From the NCBI GenBank assembly GCA_001564275.1, contig LKND01000004.1:2419-66418 (forward strand): 64,000 nt of DNA, read 5' to 3'. The notes beneath the pieces were generated by a model. That model saw nothing but the letters and a program-made list of their open reading frames with translations, ran no database searches and was not told the DNA's origin. The position numbers and the translations under genes were made by a program. Of this stretch, positions 59,642 to 64,000 are shown one piece after another. How positions within the stretch are numbered: position 1 is the first letter of the stretch; each line of letters begins with the position of its first letter. Origin of the DNA: Natrialbaceae archaeon Tc-Br11_E2g14 (GTDB lineage: Archaea; Halobacteriota; Halobacteria; Halobacteriales; Natrialbaceae).

Positions 59642-60245
59642 TCAGGGAGCCGGGTCAGGAACCGGTATGAGGCCCTGGGCCATGAGTCGGCGGGCAATCA
59701 CGACCAGTCCGTTGCCGAATCCCTCGCCGAAAATCGCCTGTTCCGCTTTCGAGTCGGACATGATCGAACTCACCAGCATCGTCGAGCGGTCGACCAGGAG
59801 CAGCCGCCCGATCGCGGTGTCGCTTTCCGTCGATTGGTCGCCGTGTAACCACTCGAGACCGGAGACGAACGTCGTGGCCTCCGGCACAGCCTGATCGACG
59901 CTGTCCTGCAGTGACGGCGTCAGTGCACCGACGATCACCTCGATGCCGGTACCGGCTTCGTTGAGCGTCTCGATGAGTTCGTCGGTCAGCAGCGATTCGT
60001 CACCGATGACGAGCACGATCTCGTTGGTTGCCGTCTTCAGCAGTTGTTCCGTTCGGTTTTCTATGGCGTCCCGCCCGGCCACGGCCCACACCTCCTGGAC
60101 GGGGAATCGACGGTTTCGTCGACGACTTCGATCGTCTCCAGGGCGTCGTACAGCCGCTGGACACGACCTTCGTACTGATCACGGAGCGTCTCCGTTGCCT
60201 CCACCAGTGAGACCGCACGAAACTGCTGGGGGCTCGAGCGTCGAC
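59642..60245 (-). pseudogene. Truncated, frameshifted TrmB-family regulator
   Basis: SSPQQFRAV...RDQYEGRV fragment and VWAVAGRDAIENR sugar-sensing-type domain are in different frames (C-run near 60103); N-terminal HTH absent. Confidence 0.75.
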
Positions 60246-60335
60246 TGGTGACCGGGCCACCCAAACGGCCCATGGGTCGACGCCCGACGGATCGACCGTC
60301 AACTTTGATAGTGGCCGATTGCCAACGGTGGAGCA

Positions 60336-61397
60336 ATGGAGCAGTATCTCTCGCTGGTCGATGCCGTCCTTTCGGATGGCGCGTACAAGCCCAACCGAAC
60401 CGGCGTCGACACCATCTCGTCGTTCAGCCAGCACTACGAAATCGACCTCCAGGAGGGGTATCCGCTAGTCACCACCAAGCGCATGGACGGCTATCGCTGG
60501 AACTCGATGATCCACGAGATGTGCTGGTATCTCTCGGGTGAGGAGCACATCAGGGACCTCCGCGAGGAGACGAAGATCTGGGATGCCTGGGCCGACGACG
60601 AGGGTCGGCTCGACACCGCCTACGGGCGATTCTGGCGGCGTTATCCCATCCCGGACGAGGAAAGTCGTCTCGCAGGCGAATCCTGGGCCGACGTCGATCC
60701 CACCGTCGCCAGCCTTGCTGACGGCGATCCCGATGCACTGGGCAGTCAGTGGGTCACCGAAGAGGCCGACGGTCGCCGGACGTTCGACCAGCTTCAGTAC
60801 GTCGTCGACACGCTTTCGGATCGCCCAAACTCCCGTCGCCTCGTCGTCAACGCCTGGCATCCGGCGAACGCCGCCGTCTCGACCCTGCCGCCCTGTCACT
60901 TCTCGTTCGTCTTCAACGTGCAGGGAGACCAGCTCCACTGTCATCTGACCCAGCGGTCGGGTGACGTCGCACTCGGCATTCCGTTCAACATCGCCGCATA
61001 CGCCCTCCTGACGAAACTCCTGGCCCAGCAGACGGGGCTCGAGCCGGGGACCTTCGGCCACACGATCGTCGACGCACACGTCTACTGTGGGACCGGCGAG
61101 CGTGGCGACTGGTACGCCGACAATCTCGAGACGCTACAAGAGCGCCTCGAAGCGGTCGACAGTCAGGAGGGATACGGCGACGTCCGCGAGTGGCTCGTGG
61201 AAACGGCCCCCGCGGAAGCCGACGGTCAGGAGCGGTACGATCACGTTCCGAATCTGCTGACCCAGTGTACCCGTGAGCCACTCGAGCGACCGACGCTCGA
61301 GCTTTCGGACGTGACGATCGACGACTTCGCCCACGACGACGTCCAGTTACGGGACTACGAGAGCCACGCCGGGTTGCGCTTTGCGGTGGCCGAATGA
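60336..61397 (+). CDS. thyA: Thymidylate synthase
   Basis: PNRTG, LPPCH, QRSGD and PFNIAAY. Confidence 0.95.
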   Translation: MEQYLSLVDAVLSDGAYKPNRTGVDTISSFSQHYEIDLQEGYPLVTTKRMDGYRWNSMIHEMCWYLSGEEHIRDLREETKIWDAWADDEGRLDTAYGRFWRRYPIPDEESRLAGESWADVDPTVASLADGDPDALGSQWVTEEADGRRTFDQLQYVVDTLSDRPNSRRLVVNAWHPANAAVSTLPPCHFSFVFNVQGDQLHCHLTQRSGDVALGIPFNIAAYALLTKLLAQQTGLEPGTFGHTIVDAHVYCGTGERGDWYADNLETLQERLEAVDSQEGYGDVREWLVETAPAEADGQERYDHVPNLLTQCTREPLERPTLELSDVTIDDFAHDDVQLRDYESHAGLRFAVAE

Positions 61398-61990
61398 CGG
61401 GGGCGTTCGATACATCGGGCGACGGGTCGAGGGACACGGGGAGTGAGGACTCCGCAGGGACATCGGGGGCTGACCTCGAGACGACACTCGAACTCGTCGG
61501 GATCGTCGCCGTCGCCGAGAACGGCGTTATCGGCCGTGACGGCGAGATGCCCTGGCACCTCCCCGAGGATCTCGCCCACTTCAGGGATCACACGATGGGC
61601 CACCCCGTCCTCATGGGCCGTGTCACCTACGAGAGCATTCTCGAGGGCCTCGGCGAACCACTCCCCGGACGCACCTCCATCGTGCTCACGGGTCAGGATC
61701 TCGAGGTTCCACACCGCGTCGACCTCGCCTCGAGCCTGGGGGAGGCGATTCGAGCCGCCGAGCGCGCGGCAGCAACGGAACACGACGGGGTCGATCGGGC
61801 TTACGTCGCCGGCGGCGCGAGCATCTACGAGCAGTTGCTGCCCGCCCTGGACAGACTGGTGGTGACCGAAATTCGGGACCAGCCGGCCGGTGACACGTGG
61901 TTTCCCGACTGGGATCGAGACGAATGGAGGGAGGTCGCCCGCGACGAACGGGACGGGTTTGCCTTCCTCGAGTACGTCCGAGAGCCGTGA
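61394..61990 (+). CDS. folA: Dihydrofolate reductase
   Basis: AENGVIG, MPWHLPED, MGRVTY, LPGR, GGASIY and GDTWFP. Confidence 0.93.
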   Translation: MTGAFDTSGDGSRDTGSEDSAGTSGADLETTLELVGIVAVAENGVIGRDGEMPWHLPEDLAHFRDHTMGHPVLMGRVTYESILEGLGEPLPGRTSIVLTGQDLEVPHRVDLASSLGEAIRAAERAAATEHDGVDRAYVAGGASIYEQLLPALDRLVVTEIRDQPAGDTWFPDWDRDEWREVARDERDGFAFLEYVREP

Positions 61991-62871
61991 CCGGTGAGAA
62001 TTCGTTCGCGGCACTCCTCCGCGATCGGCTCGAGATCCAGATCGATCGGATCGAACCCCTCGAGGGCGGGATGATCGGAACGGTGGCCCGCGTCCACGGC
62101 ACCGATGGGACCTGCGTGGTCGCGAAGACGGGACCCACACCGCTCGAGACGGAGGCGTTCATGCTGGGGCATCTGGCCGACGAGAGCGACCTGCCGGTGC
62201 CGAGCGTCGAATACGCCGACAGAGAGTTGCTCGTCCTCGAGGACCTGCCCGGCACGACCGATCACGGGCACGGCGTGGCTCGAGACGCGGCGAGACACCT
62301 CGGGGCACTCCACGACGTCACGGGGCGGGCCCATGGCTTTCCGCGGGACACCGTGACCGGGCCGGTCCACCAGCCGAACCCCTGGACGGACTCCTGGCGC
62401 TCTTTCTTTCGGAAGCGACGGCTCGAGCACGCGGCGCAACTGGCACTCGAGGAGCCGTCACCGATCGAGGAGTCCTCGGAAACGGGTGCGCTGCCGCCGT
62501 CACTCTACGAGCGACTCCGGACCATTGCGACGGATACCGACGTGTTGCTCGAGGAGCCCCCAGCGCCGTCGTTGATCCACGGCGACGTGTGGCGGACGAA
62601 CGTGCTCTCCGAAGACGGACGAGTCACCGGCTTTCTCGATCCCGCAAGCTATTACGCGGATCCCGAGATCGAACTCGCGTACGTCGATTGGACCGATACC
62701 TTCGGCGAGGCGTTTTTCCAGACGTACGAGAGCCTGCGAGGGATTCGAGAGGGCTTTTTCGAGACGCGGCGATACGTGTATCGGCTCTACCCACTCCTGG
62801 TCCACGTCCACCTGTTCGGCGAGGACTACCTCGCGGAACTCGAGCGAACGTGTGCGAAACTCGGCTACTGA
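61987..62871 (+). CDS. Fructosamine kinase family protein
   Basis: LIHGDVW, FLDPA and EIELAY; GTGA overlap with folA. Confidence 0.85.
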   Translation: MTGENSFAALLRDRLEIQIDRIEPLEGGMIGTVARVHGTDGTCVVAKTGPTPLETEAFMLGHLADESDLPVPSVEYADRELLVLEDLPGTTDHGHGVARDAARHLGALHDVTGRAHGFPRDTVTGPVHQPNPWTDSWRSFFRKRRLEHAAQLALEEPSPIEESSETGALPPSLYERLRTIATDTDVLLEEPPAPSLIHGDVWRTNVLSEDGRVTGFLDPASYYADPEIELAYVDWTDTFGEAFFQTYESLRGIREGFFETRRYVYRLYPLLVHVHLFGEDYLAELERTCAKLGY

Positions 62872-63018
62872 ACACGCCTCTCGCACCCGACTGCGAACGA
62901 CGCACCCAGCCGACTCGATCGGGCGAAACCGTGCGACAGCAACGCATAGGGTGGCAGCATTTGCGACCCGAGACCGATAGGTTCAGAACCCACCCGTTCG
63001 TTCGATCTAGTAACATCG

Positions 63019-64000
63019 ATGACTGAAGATTCCACCGCCGATCCGTTCGGGGCGATCCGCGAACTCGAACACGACGGCGACACGTACACCTACGCCGACC
63101 TCACGGTCCTCGAAGAACAGGGCCTCTGTGACCTCTCGAGCCTGCCCGTCAGTATCCGAGTCCTGCTCGAGTCCGTCCTTCGGAACGTCGACGGCGAGGC
63201 CGTCACCGAGGACGCCGTCCGCAACGCAGCGTCCTGGGAGCCAGACGTCCCCGACGTCGAGGTCCCGTTCTCTCCCTCGCGCGTCGTCCTGCAGGACCTG
63301 ACTGGCGTGCCAGCCGTGGTCGACCTCGCCGCGCTTCGGTCGGCCGCCGACCGCGCGGGCGAGGACCCCACTGTCGTCGAACCGGACGTCCCCTGTGACC
63401 TCGTGATCGACCACAGCGTCCAGGTCGACTACTTCGGCTCCGAAGACGCCTACGAGCAGAACGTCGAACTCGAGTACGAGCGTAACGAAGAGCGCTACCG
63501 CGCGATCAAGTGGGCCGAACAGGCCTTCGAGGACTTCAACGTCGTCCCGCCAGGAACCGGGATCGTTCACCAGGTCAACTTAGAGCACCTGGGACGAGTC
63601 GTCCACGACCGCGAGATCGACGGCGAGCAGTGGCTCCTGCCCGACACCCTCGTCGGCACCGACAGCCACACCCCGATGATCAACGGCATCGGCGTCGTCG
63701 GCTGGGGTGTCGGTGGCATCGAGGCCGAAGCGGCCCTCCTCGGCCAGCCGATCACGATGACGCTACCCGAGGTCGTCGGCGTCGAACTCACTGGCGAACT
63801 CGCCGAGGGTGTCACCTCGACTGACCTCGTGCTCCACATCACAGAGAAACTCCGACAGGTGGGTGTGGTCGACAAGTTCGTCGAGTTCTTTGGCCCCGGC
63901 GTCGCCCAACTGTCGGTCGCCGACCGGGCGACCATCTCGAACATGGCGCCCGAACAGGGGTCGACCATTTCGATGTTTCCCGTCGACGAGAAGACCCTCG
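63019..64000 (+). CDS. acnA: Aconitate hydratase AcnA (3' end off the window)
   Basis: Manual translation: [41 protein letters not shown] and GTDSHTPM. Confidence 0.93.
   Translation, partial: MTEDSTADPFGAIRELEHDGDTYTYADLTVLEEQGLCDLSSLPVSIRVLLESVLRNVDGEAVTEDAVRNAASWEPDVPDVEVPFSPSRVVLQDLTGVPAVVDLAALRSAADRAGEDPTVVEPDVPCDLVIDHSVQVDYFGSEDAYEQNVELEYERNEERYRAIKWAEQAFEDFNVVPPGTGIVHQVNLEHLGRVVHDREIDGEQWLLPDTLVGTDSHTPMINGIGVVGWGVGGIEAEAALLGQPITMTLPEVVGVELTGELAEGVTSTDLVLHITEKLRQVGVVDKFVEFFGPGVAQLSVADRATISNMAPEQGSTISMFPVDEKTL

Noticed and set aside
1-64000. CRISPR array, tRNA or rRNA genes, intact transposase
   Set aside because: No regularly spaced direct repeats, cloverleaf or rRNA signatures, or DDE/Y1/TnpB ORFs were seen by eye.

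Overview
GC-rich chromosomal segment of a haloarchaeon (acidic proteins, HalX and HalOD1 domains, archaeal rpl37ae-rpoP-pcc1-pfdB operon, archease; probably Natrialbales, by inference). It is mostly housekeeping: truD, fumC, hisF, menF-menD, purD, thyA-folA, trxA-trxB, kynU and a partial acnA. Accessory blocks are an IclR-regulated galactoside ABC/dgoD/GH42 cluster, a formyltransferase-deacetylase pair, a CoA-disulfide-reductase/HTH redox block, tandem ParB/Srx-like genes and several pseudogenes. The main non-gene signals are: (1) four copies of a ~120 bp palindromic MITE-like element with CTATAGTAAC...GTTACTATAG-type ends (Correia/ERIC-like); (2) an 11-6-11 dif-like site (ATAA-N6-TTAT core) directly upstream of a DUF5805-xerA operon; (3) a shared TATTG-N11-CAATA-type operator at three redox-gene promoters; (4) strong CTCGAG enrichment even in non-coding DNA. 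No rRNA, tRNA or CRISPR array was recognised. All family assignments come from motif recognition by eye, not from database searches.
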